Positions 12,584 through 25,620 are shown, counted from the whole stretch's first letter. The stretch is DNA of 63,969 nt, filler included, from Hyphochytrium catenoides (GCA_900088475.1; 7 parts of 7 records of this genome joined end to end with filler, not necessarily neighbours in it); one strand, 5' to 3'. A program made the numbers and translations. The notes: a model not told the origin generated them from the sequence alone.

Positions 12584-14490
12584 CTAGCACGATCCCACTC
12601 TCTTTTTCATGATCGTATCAAGATTAAGGCCACATTGATCCGCTAGCCTTGAGAGATAGAGTAGACAGTCACTGAGCTCCTCTCCAAGGTGAACTTTGTC
12701 CTTAATCGTCCAGTCTGGAGGATGACGTGTAAGAATTAGTGGCATTAGTAGGGCAACAACAGGTAGCTGAGTCGGTCAAGAGGGATGGGTGAAGAAGGAT
12801 CAATATGGGGATAGGCACCCCAGCGAGCAGAAAGACAAAACGTGTATGTAGGTATTAAGCAAGAAAGGACAAGGAGAACCGAGCTGGGAGGGAGGAGAAA
12901 TGAGCTCGCACCTCGCAAGCCGACGTCAACCTCGCCTTTCCACTGGAAGCACTCACATAGCTCTCCAAGCTCTCCGGTCTAGGTGAAGATGGTGATAATG
13001 AGGAAACACGAAGGCAGAAAAGACATGCGCTTACTCTTACTTACCAATGCGAGCGCAAGATTTCTGGGAAGATGATACTGCAGGAGAGGTGGAGAGATTG
13101 GTGGAGACGGGAGAACGAGAGAAGAAGATGTTAACAGGCTTGTTTTCCTATAGGAACGAGAGTGAACCTCAAACAGATTAAGAGAGTAGTGGAAGGACTC
13201 AATTTTCCCGTCCCAAACGCTTCGCAGCGTCTTGTCCTTTCGTCGCTCCTGCCTTCCTCACCTGGTTCCAGTCTCTCTCCTCAGCAAACGCTCTCATCGC
13301 TTCTGTAATGCTGCTTAGCTCTACACTCTGCCAGCCCTTCGCATGCCTATAGTAGTCCTCTTCCCTAAAGGGCACATGGAAGGCCTGTGATCTGCCTGAT
13401 GTCGAATATTCCGTGTATTTGGAGGACGAACCCTTCACCTATAGGACCGCCCAATGTCCGGGAGGAGACGGAAATAGTAACAAAGATTGTAACGTCAGCC
13501 TTCTTACATGAGGAGTTTGTGGCAGTACGACACTGACTAAAAACTTAACGAAGCTCTTAAGACGAGACGGCTTAGAGGGTAATGCAAAGACGTTAGAGTT
13601 AATGATGGACGTCAACACCAACTTACCAGCTCTGCTGGATACTTGATTCTATTCTTCTCGATCTTTCTGAGTGCCGCCTGGCCAATATCGATCCCACAAG
13701 AGTCTAGGCCGGAATAAAGTCTCAGCAAGGACATGGACTTAGAATAGACGTTAAGCGAGGAAACAGCTAGTGCGAGAACCTAACGAGCAGCTAGTGCGAG
13801 AACGAAGCGCAACGTGTCATCAAATAGGAAGACAAGCTGATGGCAGATATCGGAGATGCTTATTGAAAGCAGCCGAAAGGGAGCGTTAAGGTAACATAGT
13901 CCCCTGTGATATCAAGCGAGAAGCAACGAAAGTGAACCATAGCCCTAAAGAGTTTACCTGAAATAGCAATAAGTCCTATCAGTACTTCCGCAAGGGCGTC
14001 CTCAGCTCTCAAAAATTCCTCATTTGAGACTCCTGCAAGGTAGAGTGCGCGGCAGTCTGAGTTCCGTTATAATGAGGGGAACGCTTGGCAAAAATCAGCT
14101 GAAGCCGCACAAACCTAAGGTTGGAACTAGAAAAGTTTCAGTTTCCATTGCCTCCGCAACTCCAGCCACTTTAGTGATCTGCACATTGTGAGGTAATGAG
14201 TATGTGACATCAGGGCATCAGGCCAATCTTACCAATGAGAAGAGGAGCGACCTTGGCTACAGATTTGAAAAAGATGCGTTAGTCTCCCGGATTCGTGCTA
14301 AATTGAACCATTGCAGGCGAACCTTCGTGTGGGTGTTTTCCTTTCTTAGTGTTGCAACTTGCCGGCGAAGTGTCTCCATATTTACACTGGATACACTGCT
14401 TGTTCCAGTCTCCGACAGCGTCTGTCCTTCTTGTCTGGCCGCCTGAGGCTGTTGACTGTTGACTCCTTCCACAATTAGTCCGTCCGTCAT
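12584..14490 (-). CDS. DCTPP1: dCTP pyrophosphatase 1 (MazG-like all-alpha NTP-PPase) with two tandem DCTPP1 repeats, 9 exons
   Basis: Repeat 2: MRAFAEERDWNQ|YHLPRNLALAL|TGELGELCECFQWKGEVDVGLR|DWTIKDKVHLGEELSDCLLYLSRLADQCGLNL. Repeat 1: METLRRQVATLRKENTHTK|PRSLLFSL|ITKVAGVAEAM...|VSNEEFLRAEDALAEVLIGLIAIS|DSCGIDIGQAALRKIEKNRIKYPAEL|VKGSSSKYTEY. All junctions are GT-AG and in phase. Confidence 0.88.
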
Positions 14491-15120
14491 TGCTCTTTGC
14501 CAGCAGCCAACGATCTCACAAAGCGCCGGACGAAATCACCCTTTCACTCTCTTAGTCGTAGCGGTGAATGATTTGCACTTGAAGCTACCTCCTATGATCC
14601 TAACTCGGGCATCACACGCCCCTGCCAAGAGCAACGCCGCTATAGTTCTAGTTCTTCCGCGTAGCATTTCTGGCGGCCCATGTCCCGCACCGCTTCATCT
14701 GTCATCTGTGTCGCTCGCTCGCGCTGCTCATGAAAGTTCTTTCATCATCTTTCTCACTACTTCCCAGCAGATCCATTCAAACACTCCCGCCAAAACGGGT
14801 TGATAACTAAGTATAACCCAAAGCCTTGATTATCATATAGAATCAAAGCAGTAACTAAAGAAAAGGAATCAGAAAAGGCTGGGTGATCCAAGCACTGACT
14901 TTTCCTCCCATCCACCTTCTCAACCTATTGGCTGGACCTCTGGTGCAGAACCATTGGTGGCGGGCCGACGCGGGCGGCAGAGATCTGGCCGAAGATGAAG
15001 ACGCAGATCTCTGCTCCAGGATCTGCCATTATTCAACCCGCAGCACCATTTCCGAAAGGTTCCATCCTCTGTAAACACTGTGCCTTCGTAGCCCTGTGAT
15101 TCAAGCCTCTTTCCTGAACC

Positions 15121-15684
15121 ATGGGACCGCCACCACCACCAGGTATAAACTGTAGTCTAAGCAGTATGTGGGTTCTATGTGGTTGACATAAATGTATTCT
15201 TTGTTCAGGAGAAGAGAAGATTGTCATCATGAGGGCCATTGGAGGAGAGGTGGGAGCCGCTGCCACTCTTGCCCCTAAAGTGGGTCCTCTTGGTCTTTCT
15301 CCTAAGAAAGTTGGAGAGGACATCCAGAAGGCCACCATGGACTGGAAGGGTCTTCCTGTCACTGTGAAGCTGACCATTGTCAACCGTCAGGCCACAGTCT
15401 CAGTCATCCCTTCTGCTTCTTCTCTGATCATGAAGGCTCTCAACGAGCCTCCTCGTGACAGAAAGAAGGTCAAGAACATCAAGCACGACGGTAACCTTAC
15501 TTTGGACCAGGTCATCGACGTTGCTCGCGTGATGAGGTCTCGCTCTATGGCCAAGAAGCTTGAGGGCACTGTTAAGGAGATCCTGGGTACCTGCAACTCT
15601 ATCGGATGCACTGTCAATGGATCTGCTCCTACTGAGATCCAGCGCCAAATCGCTGATGGCGAGATTAGTGTCCCTGAAGAGTAA
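15121..15684 (+). CDS. RPL12: 60S ribosomal protein L12 (uL11)
   Basis: Exon 1 15121-15142, intron 15143-15208, then ...[36 protein letters not shown]...[14 protein letters not shown]...[15 protein letters not shown]. Confidence 0.98.
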
Positions 15685-17930
15685 ACAGAGGCTAATATAA
15701 TGTTCTGGGCCAACCAAGGTCCATGGTGGAATGGTTGTGTTTGCCTTTCCCGTGCTGGATGTTAAGTTCTTGCGAATTGTATGCTAGTTCTGGTGCGCCA
15801 TGTCACGCGGCTCCAGTTACCATGTCGCCAGGGGCCCTCTTATGTGATTTTTCTCTTTGTATCGGTTCTTTGTGTCAATAGGACGGTTCACAGGCAGAGA
15901 AACATGTTTAGACCGGGATTTAGCCCTAGCAAGGCCCCTCTATGAGGGTTGACATTCTATTCGCCTTCTTATCTAGAGACCGTGGTCTCACTTAGCTAGA
16001 CTGCCAATCGTTCTCACGTTCACAGACATCCTAATCCCCTTATAATCGGCAGATCATCGTCTCACTTATCTAGACCTGCGCGATGGCTACCATCTTGTCC
16101 GACTGCCGTATTAGCTGTGGAAGGCTCATTGCATCCATATAAAGATCCATATAAAGAGAGGGAGCAACGTGGTGCGGAAAGGACATCGATGCCAGGATAG
16201 GGTACACCACGCTGCGTCAGTTGAGTGGGTCACATCAAGGTTTCAGAATTGGTGGCCAATCCTCTCCTTCCGCATAGCGAACAGCAGAATTTCGCTTGGC
16301 GTGCTCTAAAGTTGTAGGCAAGTCTATTATGCAACGACAGTTGGCTCAGGCTCGCCTTATTAGTCTCAGTGAATAAGGGTCACAAGGGTAAGGACACCAG
16401 AATCGAAGTCAGAGCATACAGTAGTGCGTTGAAGCGAGAGGAGCGACAAGACAGACAGATGGGGAATATACGAAAGACGGAGTCGCCTCTCCTCGATAGG
16501 ATTTGTCGGTAAAACAACATGGTGCCATCTTGTGATCTATATGCCAATACTACTAGGAATGGAGATAGTCTGGAGTAAAGTCTACCTTGCAGTCAGTCTG
16601 GGCTACGTATTTTATCTTAGATGAGCCGCAAGCCTATTCTCTTCCGCCAAAGTAAGAAGGCCTTGAAGGCTACGGAGTATATTTATTGGCTGAGCTCTCC
16701 TTAGCTATGGCCATCAATTTACTGCATAGTGCAATTGTTCTCTCCAACGTGGCCTTATTCAGGCCCGGCGGTTAGACCATCATTTGATAGGCTACGCACA
16801 CTGTTCATCTCTCAGTTAAAACCTTCCTTCTCATGCGGCCCTTCATGAGATCATTCATACATCTAACTTAAGTCAAGCCTATGAAGAATAGTCCGGGATG
16901 CCAACAAGTAGGTGCGGGAACACCAGGTTAGTTAGTATCTGCCAATAAAGATGTAGCCTTCCCCCAAGGACCAGCTACGACGACTACCACCTATTACTCC
17001 TGAAGTGACTTGCATGGCGCTCGCGCTAGATATGACACTGCAGGTGAAAATGGGAAATGGGCCGATGGTGGGAGGATGATAATGAACGCGGCGGCAGCGG
17101 AGGATGGCAGGACCGACCACCGATGATGATGGTGTTGTGGCCAAGAATAACCAGCATACAGGATGACCTTTCGCCAGGGGTCCGCGACCATCTGAGGATG
17201 GTGTTATATGTATTCGTACTCGTTTACTACCCATACAGTAGTACCAGGCCTATTTAGGGTTACAGACACAGGGCAGCAGTATACATACATCATCTACAGC
17301 TACAAAGGCGTCTAACTGTGGTCGCTTCACCTATGATCCGTTTCCAGGAAAGGAAGAGTGCTAATTCGAAATACAAGCATATGTGATTTAGCATTATGGA
17401 GAACTCCCCCTGGACTGCAGAGGAAGGGATTTGAACGCTGTGGCGTTTCACTTTTTTTGGCGGCAGTGCACGGACAGGCGAGGCGAGCGAGAGAAGCAGC
17501 AGCACCGAAGCCGCTGCTGGCGTACAGTTCCACTGATGGAGAGCCAAGGGTTGAAGACTCGGATCAAGAAAGGAAGAAAGAGGAGAGGCAGTGTACGGAG
17601 AACCAGCATAAGAGGAAATTGTCTTCTTTGATCCTCTGGTCACCGACCTCTGAACTTCTCCTCCTTGCCGTGTGCCAATCAACCGCAAGAAGGGGTGGCG
17701 CTGTCGGCGAATGATAGTGAGATTTACCTGAAAATTTTCGTGCGCGCGGCTTAAGATTGAAGTGTTGACTTACATCTCACCCTGCGAGAGGTACAGACAA
17801 GGGAAGAAAAGGAAAGAGAAGGGAGACAGGCAGCTGCTGGTATTTCGTTTTAATCAGCTGAAAGCAAGGCCGGACCAGCTCCCATTTGTCTAAAAGTTCC
17901 TCCTGTCAGGGGTCGCATCTATTTAGAGAG

Positions 17931-20707
17931 ATGCCTGTCAACAACTATAGAGTGACGTCTCAGACCTATGAGAAAAGTCTCTCTATACGTCGGGCTCAGG
18001 AACAAAACAATGCTGAGCTCGTGAACTACGCTAAGCAGAGTACAGTTCAGTCCGAATATAATCGTGAGGAGACGCGAGTGGTACAAAGGCGAAGGAGCAA
18101 TGAGAAGGCACAGATCGCCGCAGAGCAGCTCTTTGAAAATAACCTCAAGACCACAGAGCGCAATCGAGTCAGGCTCCAGAGAGAAACGGAGCAAAACAAT
18201 GCGATCGCTAACGAGCTTGAGAGGCAGAAGTTAGAGAGGGTGAGTGGCCTTACAGCTGTGCTTAGTCAAGAACAATCGTGGCAAGAATCACCACTTGCAA
18301 AGCCCATATAATCTGGACAATGAGAGAAGAGTCTAAGGGCAAACAGTATGGCGGAAGCGTTTAGAACGTGAGGGCAAGAAGTGGGAGAATGGATTATCAT
18401 GGAGAACTGCTATGAGACGCCATTGGCAGGCTCAAGACAGATAAGGCAGCGGGAGAGCAGCTGGCAGAAGAGACATGTTGAATACGATAGGAAGGGTCTA
18501 GATCTGTTGGTTCATGAGTGCTTACGTCCGCTCGTCTATCCTAGGAGCGGCAAGAAAGAGAGTTGCAGAGAGTAATTGAAGAAAGCCCTGAGTTGCGGGA
18601 ACTGGAGTCCATGCTTCGGGTTGCTTACATGAACAAGGAGAGAAGTGTGCAGCAAGAGGAGAAAGCGAAGATCTCTGTCACTGAGAAGTATGCGGACTGC
18701 GATCATCCTCTGTCTTCTGTCCCTAGCTTCTGCCCAATCGCTCGGGATGGTGGTCTTCTGTTCATCAGCCTTCCTGCTTACCCGCAGTATTGATCTCCTT
18801 ATTCTCTTTATCATTCTCTTTCTTTTTAGTTACAACCGCCTTCGCCCGGTTAAAGTGTTACTGCTCTTTCTTTCCTCCGCGCGTCTACTCCTGTCCTTGC
18901 TCGCATTCTCCACGTTGCCCTCTGTCATATCGTCGTCTGGACTTCAAGAAGTTCACCATTATACTGCCCCTTTAGGCTTCGTGAGAAGGCGATGGAGGAC
19001 CAAATGGAATATGATCGGCAACTAGCCCTTTACCAGATGGCTCAGCAAGAGCAGCTTCGCAGAGTCCAGCAGGTAGAAGGAAAGGTTCAGCTTCAACAGC
19101 AGATCCTAGATAGAAAGAAGGAAGAAGAGGAGGCGAGAAAGGCAGCGGAGAAGGACAAGAAGCAGATCGAAGACATTTTAAAGAAGATTCAGGAGGAAGA
19201 CTTGAGAGAGATGGAAATGAAGCAGCACAAAGCACAGGAAACAAGACAGATCATCAGAGGCTACCAGGTGCAAAGAGAACAGGAGCTGGAAGAAAGAAAG
19301 CGGAGGGAGAAGGAGGTAAGGCTATATATCATCCTTCATTTTCCCTACCTTACAGAAGCGAGCGTTTGAGTGGCTCTGACAACCCTCTTACTTGTCTTTG
19401 AGGTTTCCTGAACGTGGCGTCGGGGCTGTGGGACTCTCGTCTGAACTCTTTCCGTCGCCTCTCCTAGCAAACCTCGACGCTTATGCACTATGCACCTGTA
19501 TCTACTTTGAACTATTCTCACCACCCACGATACTGCCTTTACAGGAGGAGGACAGGATTCTTGAGTATGCCCGTCAAAAGGCTGCGAGAGAAGCGGCCGC
19601 TGCACAACAGAAGGCAGAGAAGAAGGCTGCGGACGATGAACGGTACAGGCAGGTGGAGGAGGAGATCAAGAAGAAGATGAACGAGGATGAAGAGTTCAAC
19701 AGGCTACGGGATCTGCTTTGGGAGGAGGAACAGGTAAGACATAGCGATGGAGAATAGACCTCGTTATTCTCACACAGAACTCCAGTTGCGAAGCTGAGCC
19801 ATTTCTGCCACTGTGATCACTCTCCTTCCTCCCTTCCTCTCCAGGAGCACCGCTTACGCCTACAAGAGAAGGAGAAGTCTGTCAAACGGGCCCAGATGAA
19901 GGAGGAGATGAAGGAGGCAAATGAGTACCAAAAGATGCTTAAGGCACAATTTATGGAGAGACAGAAAGAGGAGGAGAGGAAGTACAGAGAGCAGCTCTAT
20001 AAGAAGTACGCTGAGGACGAGAGGCTTGAACTGGAGAAGGAAAGAGAGCGACAGCAACAGCTCGAGGGCTACAAGATTGGCATCAAGCAGCAGCAGGTCC
20101 GTGAAATTTCTGAGCTTTGGGCTGCCACCATGTCGTTTATTTGAACATGTTTCTTGCTGGAAGTCCTCCTCGTTTGAAACTGTACGGCTGCTCCCGTACC
20201 TCTCAATAGTGTCTCCGCATGCAGCTCTATAAGTTCTCATATGCTAGGCGTTTTCAAAAGTTCATCATTCTTTTAGCTCAACACTCTCTTCTCTTTCAGG
20301 ACGAGAAGGCACGCTTATATCAGGATGCTGTGGAGGCCGAGATGGAAGCTCGTCGAATGCAGCAGAGAGACGAGGAGCTGAAGAGAAGAATTATAGAAGA
20401 AGCCAAGCAAAGACTTATTGCGCAGCACGCGGAAGCGCTCAGAGGTCTCTCTCTCTCTCTCTCTCTCTTGATTTGTCCTACTCCTTCTATTCGTACTCGC
20501 TTTCCGCTTATCCTTATATAGGTTGGCGTTATACTCCTCATATTTCCCAGATGGCCTCATGTCACTCTGTACCCTTGAAAATTCTGACTCCTCTCTTTTG
20601 CTATTCTTGAAGGTTACTTTCCTCGAGGCATCACTGGGCTTACAGATGCACCAGTTGTCAATCCAAGAGGAAGCAGCAGGCAAGGCAGACGACCACCTCC
20701 CTTCTAA
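17931..20707 (+). CDS. MNS1: Meiosis-specific nuclear structural protein 1 (TPH coiled-coil ciliary microtubule inner protein), multi-exon
   Basis: Signature EESPELRELESMLRVAYMNKER, long E/K/R coiled coil, LRDLLWEEEQ, YAEDERLE, and C-terminal IIEEAKQRLIAQHAEALR|GYFPRG. Canonical introns. Confidence 0.85.
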
Positions 20708-21125
20708 GCTACCCTCTCCGCTCGTATTCCTTCGAAAGTCTGGCAGAGCCAGCAATGAAAAGAGAGTGTTTCTCGGTCACTTAGCACAGCTAACTAAACT
20801 TCTATCTATGACGCCTATAATGAAAAAAAAACACTACTTTTCGAAGTAATGCCCTGGTAAGCCTCAAAGTGAATGCGGCAAGGAAGGATCCTCGAACTAA
20901 CTTTGAGAGGATAACAATCCTTCATCCCTGACCGGACACCTTACAAAGCCCACCAAAGCAAACGGCACAGCAGGAGCCCTTCGTCCCAGATACCTCAGCT
21001 CTAAAGCCCACGCTCACCTTGCGCTGGAACCTCCCGCGCCGATGGCCCATTAGCAGACTGAGTGGGCCCGTCAGGCTCTGAAAAAGAATTCAAGGTTGGC
21101 TTGTCTGCAGACTGCAGCTGCCTTT

Positions 21126-21273
21126 GGGCAGATTATGGGTGGGTAGCCCAGTTATAGAGCGACGAGTATTGGGTCAGCCCAAACCTCCAGCTATGTAAAA
21201 CCATATTATCCATTACCGTAGCTGATGCTCTGTTGATGCCCAAAAACATACCCAGAATACCCATAATGTGCTC
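21126..21273. mobile_element. Possible ~150-bp MITE-like element
   Basis: GGGCAGATTATGGGT (21126-21140) versus the reverse complement of 21259-21273, GAGCACATTATGGGT (13/15 match). No target-site duplication (TSD) seen. Confidence 0.3.
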
Positions 21274-21759
21274 GTCTCCCAACAGCGGGCGGGAGCAGCG
21301 GCAGAATCAGTCTCCAAAGGGCGGAACTGGGAGATCGATTAGCCGCAATAGAGCTTGCACCGATGCTCAGGCCTAGAGACTAGAGACAGTGCATTGGACA
21401 GTCCGAGTAGCTCCCAGCCGTTCTGAAGACAGGCTCCTCGTCTTTGCTAATTGAGAGTGCGTATTGACTTCGTAACCCCACGAAGATCTCTGGGTGCCTG
21501 CGGACAGCGTATGGCTCTTGCTTCTTCTCCTCTCTCTCCCTCTCCCTCTCTCTTTTCTCTCCTTCTACAAGTGTATCATTGATGAGATGACCTTGGTGCC
21601 AGTCGACTGTCAGCCCTCGTTGAAGTGAAGGAAGGGACCGGGAGCCTGAAAGAGGCAAACCCTTTTGCAGAGTCGCCAATAGCTCGACTATCTTTTTTAG
21701 TTGAAGCTTTTGCTGCCGGCAGGGATGTCCACAAGCCGCTTCTGATCTTTTGAAGCAGA

Positions 21760-24573
21760 ATGAAATCAAACTCCGGCTCCGTAGGTGTAGCCAGCATCTT
21801 GCTTGGCCTTCTCCTTCTTGTGTCTATATTAGCCGATGCCAGCGCTGAGCCAAGGGCCGCGAAGTATGCCTATGTGACAATCCACTATGAAGGTGAGACA
21901 CAATGCCAATACCTTTGGCCTTCGCCTGGAGGCCTACAATTCAAGTGCTTCCTTTGCACGCTACCGTACGCTCTATGTTCTCTTTCTATATCGTCCATGT
22001 GCAGAGAAGGTACACTGGTTGACTGAATGCTTGCCCTTGCTAACAACCTCGCTGCTTTTCTTGCCCCTGTCTATCTCTGTCAGTAACATATCTCAGTGAC
22101 CGCTTATCCTTTTCCTTCATCTCAACGTATACTGATTGCTTGCTCCAGTAAGTCTATGCTTTTTGCCCATCGGTGTCCCTTAAAAGCTCTAATCTCATGA
22201 GCCCTTGGCAGCTCTCAAGTTTTTGGCTGCTTCAAAGTCCCTCCCGTAACTTGTCAAATGAAGGACCAATGCGCCATTCTTTGTTTCTTCCCTGATCTGT
22301 GGCTCTGTAGGTACAAACCGAGATGCGGAGTATGTTTTGGGCATCCGGGTGCTGGCCAAGTCTCTGAAGGCCTCTGGTTCCTCCGGAGACTTCGTGGTAC
22401 TGGCTTCGGAGACAGTGGGCGAGAAGACAAGGAGGATATTCAAGGAGGATGGCATCGTCGTGCGCGATGTCAAGAACCTTGACAATCCCTTCTTTAAGGG
22501 GAAGGGGGCCTGGAATCCCAACTTTCAGTTCACTCTGAATAAGCTTCATGCGTGGTAAGGTGGAAGCGTAGCTTAGTCCACGAGCGTGTCAATCGGCGGT
22601 ACCTCAATTTTCCTTTATAGCTGCTGGGTCCGTGGTTGCCATACGCGTCTCCCTTCTCAAACTTCTCTCCCCCGTGACTCTACCTCCGTATCCCTTTTCT
22701 CTTTTGCATAGGCAAATGACGGAGTACGAGCGCGTCATCTTCCTCGATGCGGATAATATTATTCTGGAGAAAATGGACGAGCTGTTCCGCTGCGGAGAGT
22801 TCTGTGTGGTCTTCCAGAACCCATGCCACTTTCACACTGGGCTGATTGTCATCACTCCTAGCGAGAGACAATTCAAGGACCTTAACGAGTCTCTATATAA
22901 ACTTACCTCCTTCGATGGAGCAGGTATAGCTCAAACTTCTTCAATTTGCGTCATTGCTGGGACTATGACCACGGCCTACAGCCTCGTCCGCTCATCCCCT
23001 GTTCTATCTATTTTGTCTGGCTCACAGCCTTCTCTCTTCCCACATTCTTTCCTCCGCCCCTCCGCTTGTTGGGTTCGCTGCGGCTAAGATAGAATCGTCC
23101 TTTCTATTCTCTCCTCCCACATATTTATTTCTTCCTTTAGCGATATGGTGCGTCGTATTCCCGTCCCTCGTTTGCCCGTGGCTTTCGTCGCAATGTTCTG
23201 CTATGCTGTTTCTGCCGCTGAAGGACGAACCAACCTCCTTTTTCTTGCTCAACATCTCTCTCCCGAATTACAGATCAGGGCTTCTTGTCGGCGTATTATA
23301 AGGGAGTTGTCGCTCGAAGCCCGCTCTTTGTGGGACAGGAGACAGAAGGGCCAGCGCATAAGGCGATGAGGCTGCCTGCAGGTCGGTTCACCAGCTAACT
23401 TGCTCTCCAACCCAGGTGCCTGCTAGTTTGCTGTTCGAATATAAAGAGTTATATAACAAGCCCGACTCTCTCCAGGAGCAAGGTGTACCATGGCTCACAG
23501 TGAATCTCCGTAGGTTATAACCTGAATCACAAGTTCTTCTATGAGATGTACGATTGGAGCTTATTCCGCGTCCATCATTTCAAGCACTTTCGCATTCCTG
23601 CACTCTCTCTCGGCTTCCCCATGACTCCACTTCTGAAGGTAAGCTGTTGCCTCAATGCCCCGTTATCTGCAGAAGCTTTGCACAAGCGTCCTGGGTGTTA
23701 GTCCTTTTCACGAGGGCCATGGTAGCTCTTGCATTGTGTGTCTGTCCAGATCGTGCAGCCAGAGTATTGTTCCTTGGCCCTGTTTTGCCCAAGACATCCT
23801 CATTTATTCAACCAGCGCCTGCAACCTCCCCTCACATTCTCTCCAACCGACTCTCTCGTCTTCCATCCGTGGACCTTCCCTCCAGCGCACTTACCCGCCA
23901 TCCTTCTTTCTTGCTGCAGCCATGGTACTGGTGGGCTTGCTTCGTGCTGGACTTGCACTGGGAGTGGCATCACTTCCGCTACCAGCTACACGGAGATGAG
24001 AGCTACGTGCTGCGTGCCTCATACTCCACTCTATTATGCCTTCTCTTAGTCCTGTTCTTCTACATTCTTCTGGTGCGAGGAAAGACTATTCTGGAGTCTT
24101 CTTCGTCCTTTGGTCGCCGGATTCTCTCTCTTCTAAGAAGCGGATGGACCAATCATCGACGCTTCGCACGGCTACTGCTGTGCGCGTTGTCATTGTACAT
24201 CTACCGTCTTTGTGGTGGGCTTCTTGACCCTCTCACGCCTCCCATTCTCGCCTTTTCTCTCCTTCTCTTCTATCACAATCTGTTCCTGGCTGCGGGTCTC
24301 TGGTCCCGCTTACGGGAGGCCACAAGGACGAACGGAGAAAAGTTGTCGGTTCTTGGACGGGCCTTGGCTTACTGTTGTCTGTCAGAGGCCTTCACCATCC
24401 TGATGAGCTGGCAGAGAATATTTCCCAACATCCTCATCAAGGGAGTCTTCCTGGTTGTGGCTATCACAGCTATTCTTGCAGTCCAACTCTGGGCTATTGA
24501 GTCAGTCGACGGACTGACGGACAAGAGAGACAGAGAAAGAAAGAAGAAGAGAGAAGGACAAGATGTCGTGTGA
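21760..24573 (+). CDS. Glycosyltransferase family 8, plant PGSIP7/PGSIP8-like, with signal peptide and C-terminal transmembrane helices
   Basis: Signal peptide, then AYVTIHYEG|TNRDAEYVLGIRVLAKSL...FTLNKLHAW|QMTEYERVIFLDADN (DxD)...ELFRCGEFCVVFQNPCHFHTGL...DGA|DQGFL...RLPA|GYNLNH...LLK|PWYWW, then several hydrophobic helices. Confidence 0.85.
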
Positions 24574-25564
24574 AACAGGAGGCGAATAAGTGTCATCTTC
24601 TCGTTGAGCTAAGGACGGGCTCAGTGGCAGAAGGATATGAGGAGCATGATTTCAATACATCCTTCATCTAATGAATGTAAAAGAATCAGAGTTTACTGTC
24701 TCCTCTGGTCTGCCATCTATTGAGAGCGCAATGGGGCATCGAACTGCTTCATGACCGGCTATGCGCCCTACTCTTTGACGGGAAGACAGTAGCAGCAGAG
24801 GTTTAAAAGCTTGCTAACTTAGACAGAATCCTACCAGGTAGTCAGGGTTAGGCGATAACGGTCTCTGGTCCAGCATGCAGCCATCNNNNNNNNNNNNNNN
24901 NNNNNNNNNNNNNNNNNNNNNNNNNNNNNNNNNNNNNNNNNAATGGTGGCAGCCCTGTTATCACTTCATTCTTGTGGAGGCAACGCAAGCTCTGCTAAGG
25001 GCATGTGCCTTCGAGGTTACCCATAGCCGTCTCCTTCTCCTTCTTGCTAGATATCACCGTCAGTAAATCCCATCCAAAGAAGCAGCAGATGCCGATGAGG
25101 TGAAGAGAGCAGACCGGGGCCAATTGTCCCTGATGCTTCCTCGTTCTATGATCAGCGGAGGAGCTTGTCATCGGCAAGTGAAGGAGCTTCGGATCAGAAG
25201 CAGAGCTGCGGGACAAGCTTTCTTGCCGTTCAGATGAACGATGCCGAATATATCTTGTAACCACCGAAATAGCCCCCTTATGGTCCGATATTGATGGTCA
25301 ACGTCGAATACAAATACGTCATAACTCGTCCCTAAAGTAAACGCCCTCTTTGTAGATGGAGAACTTTTCAGTTTACATTCGACTCCTATATTAGGAGTGC
25401 TTTAGTTTCGGACGCTGTTTCTTTGCCTTGTTCACGATGGTTCGAGAACACCTCTATCAGAACCCCAGCCCAGGAAGATCGCTAAAGATCTTCAGCAGCA
25501 CCAGGGAGGAGGAGCAACGAGAGAGAGAAAGGGTAGAGAGGAAGAGAGACAGAGAGAGAGAGAC

Positions 25565-25620
<56 letters not shown>

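Noticed and set aside
13764-13803. 16-bp direct repeat CAGCTAGTGCGAGAAC, and similar short pairs at 4515-4562, 8707-8760, 15985-16075 and 55720-55767
   Set aside because: Two-copy local duplications in introns, UTRs or gap edges. There is no array structure, so not CRISPR-like.
15033-15717. Antisense ORFs over RPL12 (also over the 969-aa ORF and NRAMP)
   Set aside because: Shadow ORFs produced by the codon bias of the real genes.
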